Assembly: GCF_006345805.1 (NCBI RefSeq)
Contig: NC_043003.1
Coordinates: forward strand, 6,014,001 to 6,078,000
Direction of reading: 5' to 3'
Length of the DNA stretch: 64,000 bases
Source of the DNA: Octopus sinensis
Taxonomy: Eukaryota
Below the pieces are notes generated by a model. It was not told the origin of the DNA and did no database searches. It was given only the letters and a program-made list of their open reading frames with translations. A program made the position numbers and the translations under genes. This document shows, piece after piece, positions 38,151-51,692 of this stretch (the stretch's first letter is position 1; every line of letters starts with the position of its first letter).

Positions 38151-40489
38151 GAATGAACAACTTAGCACTTCATATAACTTCAATTCCCACCACCAGACAG
38201 CTATCTGAACGTCATGAAAGTCACTCAATCCCTTATCAATTATTTATAACTGTTGTTACTGTTGTTGTTGCTGTTGTTGCTGCTACCGTCGTCCTTTAAC
38301 TCCAGGTCAGCCTTTATACAATAGATCTATGTTGAAAATCTTTCATTCGTGACCAGCCCATCTATATACTAGGGACTTTTAATATGTAGTGTAATCGTTT
38401 TATTGTTGTTTAATCAAGGATTAATCCTAATCCAACAGATCTGGGATCAGAAATATTCCACTCGTTACCATCTCATTTTTCTTGTATATCAAGCCGTTTC
38501 CAATAAATCTCTGTTTAGTAAAGATCAATTGTCATTCAGCAGATCTAATATATTCTAGCCGTGACCATCTCGACTTTATAACTCTTTAGGATTGCATTTT
38601 CTTATTCGTCTTCAAATTAAGTAAAGGTTGATGCTGTTAATTTGGAAGAGATTTAACTACTATTTCAAGGAAGGTAAGAGATGCCGTACAAGCTCATTTT
38701 TTTTTATTGTGTTGTCTACTCAAGTCAGCAATGTACAAGTTGAGGGGTATGCTGCTGCTATTTCTAACATGTTTTGTGACCTGCTATTAGGCCTCCTCAT
38801 TGGTTCGTCTTCCATAAATATTCATCTTTGTGCCAAACTAAGAAATCCAGATTTATTGCGACCAGTTTTACTCTGTTCTTAACAGAATCTGAAGATGAGA
38901 AATGAGAAACACAAGATGGAGGAAAAACTTTTCCAGTTTCTTCGTTTCTTTGGGCATTTTTGTTTGTTTTTGTTTGTTTTGCTGTTGTTTAGTTGTTGTT
39001 TATTACAGCTACGTACAGATTGGTTAAAATATTTATGCAGCAACACAGAAAGCTTTCATCTTTAATTTGTTACTGTACAGAGAATTATTTTATCGCCGCT
39101 GACATGTCAGCTTTTCGCTATGATGAAGTAGAAATAATATGAATAATTTCACTCCAGTTTTAAACTGAACACTCACAGTTTATTTTGCACAACATCTGCA
39201 GCAAAATATAACTTTGTTTTTGTGTTTGCAGCGAAGCTATTTTAAAAACATGTCATGGTGCATTATAATTTAATGTTGCAACTAGTTGCAAAACATGTCA
39301 GAAAACTTGATCAAGAGGCTGGGCTTTTTTCCCCCTTCAAATATATAAATTATTTGTACCTAGTTGTGATTGATGCTTACTGCGATGCTCCCTGTATTTT
39401 CTTCAGTTCAAAACTGATCGAATTGACCCGGTGCTTCGTTGTTTGACTGAAAGCAAACCTTGTGAAATGTTTCTACAGTTATGGCTTTCATGGGGCCTTT
39501 TATGATTTCTTTCATTAACCAAGACTGTGCCATATATTAAGTGATGGGGGAAAAGAGCCGTAGGAATCATTCACAAACGAGTAAAAACTGGTAAATTGTA
39601 TCGCACTTTTGGTAAATTTTTTTTAAAGATCTCCAAGTAGACAGAGAAAGAGAAAGATGCTCTACTGACTCTGCTAACTTTGATCGACCAGAACATCCAA
39701 AACACGAGAGAGCACGAGAGGGGGAGAGCGAGAGAGGGAGAGAGAGAGGGACAGAGAGGGCGGGGGGGGGGCTGAGGGCTGCATCAAATCTGGGCTGCTA
39801 CTCATTATTTTTTAAACTGAGTAGATTGGTGTAACCTGAAATTAAGTGAACGTGACAGATGGGTCAAGGGTGACGGACCAAATGGTGTGTCTATGTCTGG
39901 TCGTGAGTGTACAAACCCTTAAAGCAATTAACAAATGCATGGTTCATATTACCAAGGCATCACTCGTCCCCGAACAGTGGCTGACAGCACCTTGACTGTT
40001 AATGCCCATCTCGGAGATATAAAATTTTCGTAAATCTCTTTTTTTCACCAATGTTTACACATTAAATTTTCGTGGCCGGTAAAACAAACCTCTTCGTTGG
40101 CGCAGAAGTTTATGATCAATTTTTCCATACTGAAAAATATACCTCACCCTGTTTATATAAGAAATGAATAATAGATTTTTAGGGGTTAACCTCAAATTAG
40201 CAACGGTCCAGCAGACTGGGGATCAAATACGCTGCAGTTCTAATAATGCCTTCTTTGCTATATTTTCAACAGTATTTGTTTTTCACTTTTTGAAATAGTA
40301 CGCTGCGAAATCAGATCCTTTTGCTTGTTAATTCTAACGGGTCAATCTACAGCATTAATGGCCAGCTATTTTCTAAATATTACAAGAAAATATCCGTCAA
40401 ATCACATATTACAGTCTCCGAAAAAGGTTATAGTCCATCATGTAGTGCAAGGTAGAAGATGACTGAAAAGTCTGTCAAGTTGTCACATG

Positions 40490-40800
40490 AGGATTGTGTT
40501 TCATCACACGGCTTTTCAATCAATGCTGCCATACAACAAAACTACACTCACTCTACCGACAACACTTCCGCAAAACCACTGACAATCCAGCGAGGGAATC
40601 TGATAAGGTGTCGCTCAATTTACTAGGAAGAGAAATTAAATCTACAAATCTTGTATTACTGTCTTCAATAAGAGCGATTAATACACTGAATATTGTTGAA
40701 ATAGATAGACTGTGACTTCCTAGCAAACACAGCATTGAACTTGAAAGACTGTTTCTTCACTCTGAAGAAGGATAAGAGTTCGAAACGTTGAATTTATAAG
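40490..40800 (+). mobile_element. Probable PLE 3' end with hammerhead relic
   Basis: ctgaagaaggataagagttcgaaacgtt at ~40762-40790 (CUGAAGA...GAAACG) after a decayed ORF-like tract; stem I broken. Confidence 0.45.
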
Positions 40801-41021
40801 TTTTATATGTATATGTGTAGATGTGTAGATGTATATGCATATGAAGACAGGAGTATGGTTGGTGGTCATAAAGATCACTTCGCAACCACAGGGTGTTGGA
40901 ATCTATCCCACTATGAGGCAACTAGTACAGCTGTCTTCTGTTATAAAACCAGGCTAAGAAATGGCTTCGGAGTGAAACTGGTAATCGAAAAGTCTTCAAG
41001 AAACCGCCATACATACATACA

Positions 41022-41054
<33 letters not shown>

Positions 41055-41601
41055 GTATATGTTTGTGTATGTGTTTGTGTGTGTATGTAACTGTGTGCAC
41101 GCGCAAGTGTTTGCGCACGTGAGTGTGTGCGCGTATGTTTTTGTGGAGTTTTATGTGAAAACTGTTATGTATTAAACTGAAAGATTATTCAATAGTTTTT
41201 CTTAGATTAAGATATTTATTGAATTTCACCAAGGAAAGTTAACTCAATATTGACATGCGTTAGACAGATGGATAGGTAAATATACATATATGAATATATA
41301 TACACATATATATATGCATATATATATTTGTGTATTGGCTAATAGATAGATATATATGTGCGTGTATTTGTGTGTGTGTAAATATATAACATTTATTTAT
41401 ATATCGATGTTTCAAATATTATGTAAGTATATATGTATGTATGTTTATATTATATGTGTGAGCCTATGTCGATATAGATATGGATATATGTGTGTGTATA
41501 TGTATATTAACGTATATACACATGTGTGTATATACACACACATGTATATATCTATATATATGATCGAACGCAAACGTCGTTGTCTTCTTCTTCCAAATAA
41601 G

Positions 41602-41684
<83 letters not shown>

Positions 41685-42224
41685 CATATCTGTATATATA
41701 CATCCAGCACTACATTATCCAGTATTTTAGTTTTTAAAGATTGCAGGCTGTGATGACGTTAGACATGGTTGCTATTTCTGGTAAGGTGGCGATCACAGTT
41801 ATGACTTCCATACTTCCACCTGTGTATATGAGGTCAGGTGAGAGTGTGGTGATTAACTCGACTAAATATGATTAGTGAGGAAGCACAAGTCTGGCAGTGG
41901 AGATTATCAAATAATCTGAAATTATGAAGCTATCTCTAATACCTATAGACATACAATAATAGTGATTACGTTGTCATGTTAGACGTAATTCTATATAATA
42001 TTTTAAATAATCTTTCCGCTAATCATGTATAAAGTCCAAATTATTCAATTATGCGAAGATAATTAGAGATATTAAACTGAAAAAACAGAAAATAGATATT
42101 ACATTTGAAATTTGCTTCAAGTTTGTGTTCGACAAGATGTCTTGACTAGAAATATCAACGGGGTATTGAACAACCTGTTCTGCTGTTAGACTTTGAATTT
42201 TTACGATTTGTTGGTATTATTCGT

Positions 42225-42372
42225 GAGAAGAGTTATCGTTATGTTTATGTTGAGAAGAGTTCTAGATAAGGGGGAGGTAATAAGTGATTTCTTCCGGTGT
42301 AAGGGAGATATCTCTTATTACCTCCCCCTTATCAAAACTCTTCTCAACATAAACATAACGATAACTCTTCTC
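42225..42372. repeat. Inverted repeat with ~60-bp arms and 29-nt spacer
   Basis: gagaagagttatcgttatgtttatgttgagaagag...ggaggtaataag / cttattacctcc...ctcttctc. Confidence 0.85.
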
Positions 42373-42546
42373 CACGTAAACATAACGATGTAAGAAATTT
42401 GAAAAGCTGAACGCGAAACCGGTCATTTCTTCTAAATTATGTCATTGTAAGAAAAAAATTTATAACATTCTTCAGACATATTAACTCAAATATATATTTT
42501 TTAACCTTTTAAAACAAACCTTCTGTAGTTTTTTCACTTTTTACTA

Positions 42547-42584
<38 letters not shown>

Positions 42585-42619
42585 TGTAGGAGTGGCTGTG
42601 TGGTAAGTAGCTCGCTTAC

Positions 42620-44040
42620 TGCTACCAAGTTGTCGCGTTGTTTTTCGTCGCGGTGGAAGTCAAGTCGTTCGTGAAACGTTGAACATTTGAAGCATGACCA
42701 CAGGTAAAGAATCTGTTTTGGAGAGCTTAGTGGAGTCTGCTATTTGTATTTAAGTATTTTTTCGAACAGGGGTCTCCACTGGTTTCCAAGCATTTACTTG
42801 TCAGTGGTCGTGTAAGAGGACTCACTGCCTAGTGAGAATCGTGTTTATTTTCGGAGGCGAGTCACTCCGAAAATTTGTTTGGAAATTTCTATGACTGCGT
42901 TTGTGCCCTTTCAGGTGGATTTTTACCATAAAGGATATGAGTACAACCTGAGTTGGACGGAATATTATTTGTGCTGCGAAGGACTAACAGTTTGGATTAC
43001 CAGAGTAGCAGAATTGTGTTGTGCTGTGTTGCCATTTTGGACTATCCTCCTTCGCCCTATCTTCTCCTGTCTGTCTTTTCGATCTTTTTTGAGTTTCTTT
43101 ATAGACTTTCATTCGAACATTTTGATTTTTGTTTGTGGATAATTATTTTTGTTTCGGCTATCAACATGGCAACTGTGAAATCCGCTTTGGAACTCTTTTC
43201 TCCAGCAACTTCCGTTGTGGCTTCATGGAATTCACTGTGTAGTCCCTTGCTGCGTAGTACTTCTTCATGTCCTTTTTGTACTTCTTGTTTTGTACTTTTT
43301 TCTCCTATTTTTATTATACCCTCATCTCTAACTGGCGCTAACAAGTGAGGTTTCCTCACTTTAGGATAGATATCTCAGAAAGTTTCCATCTTCAATATGC
43401 ACGCACTCTTCCACACTTATCAGTCCTCTTCTTCCATTTGCTCTCTTCATGTATTGACGATCAATTTCTACACGTGGCTGATGGGATCCATGCTTTGTTA
43501 CAAGTTTTCTTGTCTTCCTGTCCAATGTTTTAGCTCCTCCTTTGTCCCCTTCCGAATCCCATCATCGTACCGAACTAATCCAACCGCGACCTAGTTTACA
43601 ACTGAGTTTATGTTTCTCGCATTCGCCTTTCAAATCACTATTTTTCTCACTCGCTGCAGGTACTATTTCCTTGTTTGTTTTTTTTGTTTCACATCGTTGT
43701 GTTTAATTCCATCTGGTTCAAGAATTTCCAGGTATTTATATTAGGATTCAGGTCCAATAACATACATCATTTCACCACTTGGCATAGATATGCTTTTGGT
43801 CCCGAAAACTTTTCAGCGTATCATCATCATCATCACAGCACATTTTGTAAGTCTTAACTCCAGCTTGGTATTATTTGATTGGCCAGTTCTGCCTCACCCT
43901 TTATGAACAACTTCAAATCATCCACGAACAGCTGGTGATCAAAGTTTCCTTTGCCGCTTCCCAGATCATGCCCACACTTTACTTTCCGCAATCTTTCACT
44001 CAAGAGAATAATTCCCAGCACTAAATGATAATATTATGAT
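42620..44040 (-). mobile_element. Second R4/Dong-clade fragment (RT to post-RT region)
   Basis: DHQLFVDDLKLF (~43905-43940; cf. HLLFMDDLKLY), KGLHSEFHEATTEVAGEKS; many stops. Confidence 0.75.
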
Positions 44041-44195
44041 ACTATCATTATTTTAATATTATCGTAATTCTATGGTGCCTATCCAAACCATTCTTCCATT
44101 CAATGATAATGGCTCAAATCTTATCAAAATTGAACGTGTTAACATGTTTACATATATGTCAGTATATGCATACATGTGTGTGTTGGTGGGTGTGC

Positions 44196-44238
<43 letters not shown>

Positions 44239-44670
44239 AATGTATGTATGTGTATGTATGTATGTGTCTCCGTACATATCTATATGCATACGTACATATA
44301 TATGTGTGTGTGTGTGTGTGTATATATATATGTTTGTGTGTGAGTGTATATAGATGTCTATATATATATATATATACACACACACACATATAAACACACA
44401 AACACACAAATGAACATGCAGACAGACAGACAGACGTATATGTGAACATACAATATTGGGATGACAACTGAAGAGACTTAAGACAAATATTAGAATAAAG
44501 AGTAGAATGATTATGATGATGATGATGACGCCGACGACAATATTCGAGAGAGACGACTAAAAAATAAAACGCAATATACAGACACACACACACATATAGA
44601 GGCATGCATGCATATATATATCGGTAGCCACTACATACATTGTTACTCTCCTTGTTTTTTTTGTGTGTCC

Positions 44671-44706
44671 CTTTCTGTAGAAGAGCGTAGGCTCGAAACG
44701 TAAAAG
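44671..44706 (+). ncRNA. Minimal hammerhead motif with A6U core change
   Basis: CUUU CUGUAGA A GAGC guag GCUC GAAA CG UA AAAG. Confidence 0.6.
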
Positions 44707-44788
44707 ACTTTTTCTATTCCTGAGCGTTATACAAATACATCAGTTTGTTTTGTACACAACCTCTCTCCGTCTTTTGTTTTTTTCGTGA

Positions 44789-44830
<42 letters not shown>

Positions 44831-45267
44831 TATATATATATATATATATATTAATATATATTATATATATATATAATATATATACATATACATGCATATA
44901 TATATACACATGCATATATATACCTACATTCATATATATACATACATTTATATATATATGCATACATGCATATATATAAACATGCATTTATATATACACA
45001 CACACACACCACACACACACACACACAGCGAGAGAGAGAGTTAGGTGTGATGTACGGAAATTGAGAAAAATGTCGTCAGAATTTTGGAAAAAATCTTTTT
45101 ATTTTCTTCATTATTATTAACGCTTTCGTTCCTTTCTCGAACTTGTCATATAAAATTTTGTGAATGTACGAACAACTTGTTGATTTATATAAAACAAATG
45201 TTTTGGTGGATGGAGGGGGTTGTTTAAAGAGAACATTGCTTTTTTTTATGGGGTTCCATGACAATGG

Positions 45268-45409
<142 letters not shown>

Positions 45410-45713
45410 GGACAGATAGATGGATAGGTAGAGGGAGAAAGAGAAGAGGTATCCCCCTTCCTATTCACTATTGATTTAAGGATGATGACCGCTTCTAAAA
45501 AAAGAAAACAGGTGCGTCTTGGTCATCTCTGAAAGTCATTTTGCTTTCTTTCTCTCTTCCTCCTTTTTCTCCCTTCTTTTTTTTCTTTTTCTCGTCTTTG
45601 AGTTACATTTAGAATACACAATTTACTGTCGACCCCTCCAAAAATGAAAATTTGGAATTTTTCCCAAATTCTCAAGACTTTTTTGAATATATATGTGTGA
45701 GTGTGTGTGTGTG

Positions 45714-45770
<57 letters not shown>

Positions 45771-45834
45771 AGTGTGTGTGTGCATATATGCATATATATA
45801 TATATACATACATTCATATATATATATATATATA

Positions 45835-45877
<43 letters not shown>

Positions 45878-46135
45878 TGTGTGTGTGCATAAATGAATAT
45901 ATATATATACATACTGAAGAAGGGGAATCTTCCTTGTGTTATTCGTCCTGTACTCTATTTTTTCGTTGTTTAAGAAAAATGTCCAGTTCCTTGGTTTTGT
46001 GTTTATGTTTTCGTTTCTCATTGTGTTCGACGTTTTTTTTTGGTGTCCCGTACCCATATATGCATGTATATATACATGTAGAGATAGCTACGTACATATA
46101 TGCATGTATATATGCATATGTTTTATTTATTAATT

Positions 46136-46185
<50 letters not shown>

Positions 46186-46659
46186 CAGGTGTCACACCAC
46201 CAAATTTTAACTTCGGACCCAAACTTGAACACATTTATTTAAAGTGCTGTACAGGAGGATCGAACACGGAGTCGTGTACTTGTGATGTAAGCTTCTTAAG
46301 CAAGCGGCTGTTGCTCGGCCTAACCAGATATTTTTTACTTTTTGTTTTAAAATTTAAATCAGATGACAGTGATATTGATTATGATGATGATGATGATGAC
46401 GACGACGATGGCGGTGACGCTGATGATAATGATCGTCGTGTTAGTGGCATTTGATGATATCTGGTGGTGATGGTGGTGGTGGTGGTGGTGGTGGTGGTGG
46501 TGATAACTGTAAAGATAAACACAGACACTGCAACAGAATAAATAATGGCAACAACAACCTCAAATGTCGTCATAAGAAACAACAACAGCCACAACAATAA
46601 TAAGAGAAGTAGACGGAGCAACCTTGTATGTGGTCACTCGATTTGCTAGACATAGTAGA

Positions 46660-47000
46660 GAAATAAATTGCTCTGTAATTCAAGTGAAGTCACATGAAAG
46701 CCACAAATAAGAAGTGCAATGCCTCGGGCCCTTTTGGGGGTCTGAAAGGCACGTGGAATGGGGTAGGAAAGAAGATATTCCCGAGTGTATAACTCCAAGA
46801 AAAAAACGCTCAATTGACCAACGTGTGTGAGACGCCCGTTTCTTGACCGGTTGAGATTCCTTTTGTCAACCAAGTGTAAAAGAGGTTCTAACCTTCTCCC
46901 AACCGACACCATTCCTGTCCTGTCGAAGCTCTGGTAGTATAAGAGACATGGCCGCGAATGCCGTAGGAGTGTATCGAACTCAGTACCACAACTCGTCAAC
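46660..47000 (-). mobile_element. Possible decayed L2/CR1-like 3' coding fragment
   Basis: Loose resemblance of RHSRPCLLYY...TREYLLSYPIPRAF to LINE C-termini. Confidence 0.3.
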
Positions 47001-47300
47001 TACACAAGCATGGCTGAGCATAATTACAGTATTTCTGAATATATAGTGGGGTGGGCAAGACATGATTGTATTTGTTCAACGATCCTGCTGTGATGAGGAA
47101 GTCTGCTGGATGAGGAATTTGCTGGAGGGGGAATAACCTGGGGCTGTACAATAAGCAAAACAAAAAAAAAACCATTTACGTTGACCACAGACCAATCACT
47201 TCCACAAAACGCAGAAGCCCTGCCTTCGTAGGGGCCACTTCGTGCTAGAAATATCAGCTAAATCTCACACAATCACATGTCTTTTAAGAAGGAACAGTAC

Positions 47301-47715
47301 TTATTTCTTTAATACCCACAAGGGGCTAAACACAGAGAGGACAAACAATGACAGACAAAGGGATTAAGTCGATTACATCGATCCCAGTGCGCAACTGGTA
47401 CTTAATTTATCGACCCCGAAAGGATGAAAGGTAAAGTCGACATCGGCGGAATCTGAACTTAGAACGTAGCGGCAGACGAAATGCCTATTTCTTTACTACC
47501 CACAAGGGGCTAAACATAGAGGGGACAAACAAGGACAGAGAAACGGATTAAGTCGATTACATCGACCCCAGTGCGTAACTGGTACTTAATTTATCGACCC
47601 GAAAGGATGAAAGGCAAAGTCGACCTCGGCGGAATTTGAACTCAGAACGTAACGGCAGACGAAATACCGCTAAGCATTTCGCTCGGCGTGATAGCGTTTC
47701 TGCCAGTTCGCCGCC
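47301..47715 (-). mobile_element. SINE B dimer with 17-bp TSD
   Basis: TSD ttaagaaggaacagtac (47284-47300) and ttaaaaaggaacagtac (47716-47732); junction at 47484/47485. Confidence 0.9.
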
Positions 47716-48440
47716 TTAAAAAGGAACAGTACCTTAGATGTTTTGTTACAGATAAACAAAAATAGGTGTGGTAGGCATGTCTGGGATGCCCCGATTGCAA
47801 GTTTCGGTTTTGTTTGATTATTAGGGCTTGCCTGTGGATTAACAACGCCACCAACAACAACAATGAAAATTAAAACAATTAAGACCAAGTGCTAATTAAC
47901 ATGGCAACGTACACAAATATATTAAATTTACTTGAAATAGTAGCTAATTTACCCTCAAATCGCCTAGAGTGTCTTATACGAATGAAAGGCAAACATAGAG
48001 ATCACAGTCGTAGATGCCATTGAAGAGGGGGGATGGTCACACTCACACACACACATACATACATACATACATACATACATACAGACAGACAGACAGACAG
48101 ACAGACAGAGTGACAGACAGACTTGTGTGCGTGTGCTGTGTGTCTGTACGTTTTTCGGTCTCTATATATGTATGTGTACGTATGTGTCCGCCAGGCTAAA
48201 CGGCATCAATGAAGAAATCAACTTTAGCTGTAAAAAAAAAAAAAAAAAAAAAAATTAATTACATACAACAACAACAACAAAAGCAACAATTGAAAAAACA
48301 GTATTTTTATAATAGCGTCAATGACATCAGCAGCAACAACAACAACAACAACACATAGCTACAGCTAACCAGCTTAGTAACAACTTTATATATACCGACG
48401 ATATCTGTTATGTCTGTCATTTAGCGTATATATATGTGTG

Positions 48441-48518
<78 letters not shown>

Positions 48519-48640
48519 TGTATATATATATATTTAATAATATCAGGGTAATAAAGATTTTAGAATTTTTTTTACTACCAGTGGCCTAGCGTGTAGAAAA
48601 ATTAGTCAATAGGCTATATATTATTCATATAAATACAGTG

Positions 48641-48851
48641 TACATTTAAACACATAAGAGGTATCCGTCATAGGGTCCCCTTCACGCTAGAAGGAACAGC
48701 TAAAGACCAAACCACTATTAGGGATACAAACTCGGTGTTTTTAGTTTTCATTCCCTTCGAGTTTTTATCCCTAATAGTGGTTTGGACTTTAGCTGTTCCT
48801 TCTAGCGTGAAAGGAATCCTATGACGAATACTTCTTATGTGTTTAAATGTA
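48641..48851. repeat. Inverted repeat with ~85-bp arms
   Basis: tacatttaaacacataagag...ccactattagggata / tatccctaatagtgg...cttatgtgtttaaatgta. Confidence 0.85.
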
Positions 48852-48856
48852 GACAC

Positions 48857-48918
<62 letters not shown>

Positions 48919-49199
48919 GTGTGTGAGTGTGTGTCTGTGTATCCGTATTCGCTTTTCGATCTTACACATTGGTCATTTAATAACTTACAGATCAATATTT
49001 CAATATAATTAGATGCAACCCAAAAATCAATACCAAACTTCGAGATGGTTCCCAATAAAGATTCATATCTAAATGTGAAATTCCGGAATTGGCCAAGCAA
49101 TGGGAATCCTGTTCTTTTTCATCCCTTTATTATGTGCGGTTAAATTGCTGCAGTATCCTTTTTTCTTTCCTTCTAGTTTAGTTAAAAAGGGAGTAAGTC

Positions 49200-49800
49200 G
49201 ATTACAACGCCCCCAGTGCACATCTGGCAATCATTTCATCGACCTCGAGACGATGAAAGTGAACATTGACCACGGCGAAATTTTAACTCAGAACTTAAAG
49301 TCGAAAGAAATGCCGCTATGCTTTTAGTCCGGTGTGCAGATGACTCCGCCAGCGTGTCACCTTAAATTGTGACACTGTTTAATTGCGCCACAAGGCGACC
49401 AGCTGACAGAATCGCTAGCAATGCCGAACAAAATGCTTAGGAGTATTCCTTCCGGCTTTACATTCCGAGTTCAAATTCCACCCATTTCTTTACTACCCAC
49501 AAGGGGCTAAACACAGAGGGACAAACAAGGATAGACACATGGATTAAGTTGATTACATCGATCCCAGTGCGTAACTGGTACTTATTTAATCGACCCCGAA
49601 AGGATGAAAAGCAAAGTCGACCTTGGCGGAATTTGAACTCACAACGTGACGCAGACGAAATACCGCTAAGCATTTCGCCCGGCGTGCTAAAGTCTCTGCC
49701 AGCTCGCCGCCAGCTCTAACGTCTCTGCCATCTCGTGGAGTTCAAATTCCACCGAGGTCGACTTCGCCTTCTATCTTTTCGAGGTCGATGAAATAAGTAC
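49200..49800. mobile_element. Nested SINE B cluster (minus monomer 49484-49711 inside a plus-strand copy)
   Basis: gagttcaaattccacc present on both sides of the inverted insert (~49467 and ~49738). Confidence 0.75.
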
Positions 49801-50129
49801 TCTTTTTTGTATGTAAAGTAGAAAGAAAGAAAGAAAAGGGAAAATGCTGCAATTTAACAGCCAAAAGAATCAAGAAAATGAAGCGTGTTGCTATTGCATG
49901 GCCAAAGCCGGAATTTCGCAGTTAAATATGAAGCTTTATAAGGAAGCATTTCAATGTTTTCTTTGTGTACACAAAAGCAATCAGGGAATCGCGTTCGGCC
50001 TGGGTTTCTCAATGCTTTAAAGCACCGTTTGTGCAATTTGAATAGTTCGCTGCTTTTGATATCTCATCGTATCACGTGACAACAAACTAGTGTCATTCAA
50101 TGTGATTAGATACTAAACTATATGTTATT

Positions 50130-50670
50130 GTAGTGAAGATGTGCTGCTTGGTGGATAGGGACATTCTACTCATGATCTGAAAGGTTGTGTGTTCAATTCC
50201 CGGTGACACGTTGTCCTTGAACATGACACTGTAGTGCAAGTTGCCACAGTCCACTCAGCGGATCTTTTCGCTTTGACCGGCAGATATTGCATTCACCTCA
50301 ATAGACGTTATTGATTGGTTGAAATTGCCGAAATGCAAGAAATTAAACAACAATTAGCTTACAAACTACAGAATTTTCTCAAGAAAGCCAAGAGAAAAAG
50401 ATGTTTTATGTAACACATTCTACCAGTATACGAAGTTTAAAAGTGTTTAGTTTCAAAGAAACTATTTTAAAAATCTGCCGGTCAAAGCGAAAAGATCCCA
50501 CTCAGCTGGCGAATAAGGGGCTGTTACCCGTATTTCATTCTGTGTCACTGGGAATCCCGTGTCAAAGGTATGCGTGCCTATCAAGTGCTCAGCCGCTTGT
50601 ACGTTCATTTCACGAGCAGCTTCCTCCGTACCTTGAATCAACTGGAACACACGACGTAGTGACCAACGGT
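50130..50670 (+). mobile_element. Older tRNA-SINE (third family) interrupted by a MITE
   Basis: B-box-like gttcaattcc, then gtccttgaacatgacac...agtccactcagctgg. Confidence 0.55.
50260..50498. mobile_element. Short Merlin-like MITE with perfect 8-bp TSD
   Basis: TIR ggatcttttcgctttgaccggcag / ctgccggtcaaagcgaaaagatcc; TSD cactcagc on both sides; internal sequence shared with 33533-34276. Confidence 0.8.
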
Positions 50671-51186
50671 GAGCTATTTGTAAATTATTAATGAGCGCAG
50701 AAGAAAGAAAATTACTGTTGCGGTGTCACTAAGATTCGAACCGTCAACTTCGAATGCCATAAGGATTCAATTAGACTAAATACTGATCACAATGCGACAT
50801 TCAATTGAACGTAACGCGTCTAAACTAATCATGACACAAAGTGAAGTCCTGTAAAACATAGAGAGCGTGTTTAGGGTTCGGTGAAGAGGTATGTAACAGC
50901 GTGACTCACTCCTTACTCGCTCAAACCATGGGCCAGTAAATGCCGCAACATTCAACACAAGGAAGTATGAAGGACTTGAAAATAGTTACCCTAATCTTTG
51001 ATATTTTTCGTGAATGGTTTCAGAGATTCTGAAGCGATCTAATATCCACTGCAAACGGTTAGTGCTGCCATCTAGGATGCATCCTAATGTGCAGCACACT
51101 TGGAGACAATTCTCAAACGAGGTGAATATTCGGTAAATTCAGATTTTAATGTAGACAAATGAGGACTATATATATATATATATATA

Positions 51187-51377
51187 CTCTTTACTCTTTT
51201 ACTCTTTTATTTGTTTCAGTCATTTGACTGCGGCCATGCTGGAGCACCGCCTTTAGTCGAGCAAATCGACTTATTCTTTGCAAGCCCAGTACTTATTCTA
51301 TCGGTCTCTTTTGCCGAACCGCTAAGTGACGGGGACGTAATCACACCAGCATCAGTTGTCAAACAATGCTAGGGGGA

Positions 51378-51451
<74 letters not shown>

Positions 51452-51585
51452 CAACAGGCTCCTTTCAGTTTCCGTCTACGAAATCCACTCACAAGGCATT
51501 GGTCGGCCCGAGGCTATAGCAGAAGACAATTGCCCAAGATGCCATGCAGTGGGACTGAACCCAGAACCATGTGGTTGGTAAGTAA
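51187..51585 (-). mobile_element. SINE A
   Basis: Reverse complement of the 20297 and 56454 copies. Confidence 0.9.
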
Positions 51586-51692
51586 GTATATATATATATG
51601 TATGTATGTATGTACGTATGTATGCATGTATGCATGTATGCATGTATGTATGTATGTATGTATGTATGTATGTATGTATGTATGTATGTATA

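Noticed and set aside
38600-38920. Possible exons (gaag|gtaaga at ~38672; ttaacag|aatctg at ~38885)
   Set aside because: No convincing open frame or recognisable peptide.
39790-39830. ctactca/tgagtag hairpin as a possible miRNA
   Set aside because: Only a 7-bp stem; no match to conserved miRNAs I recall anywhere in the window.
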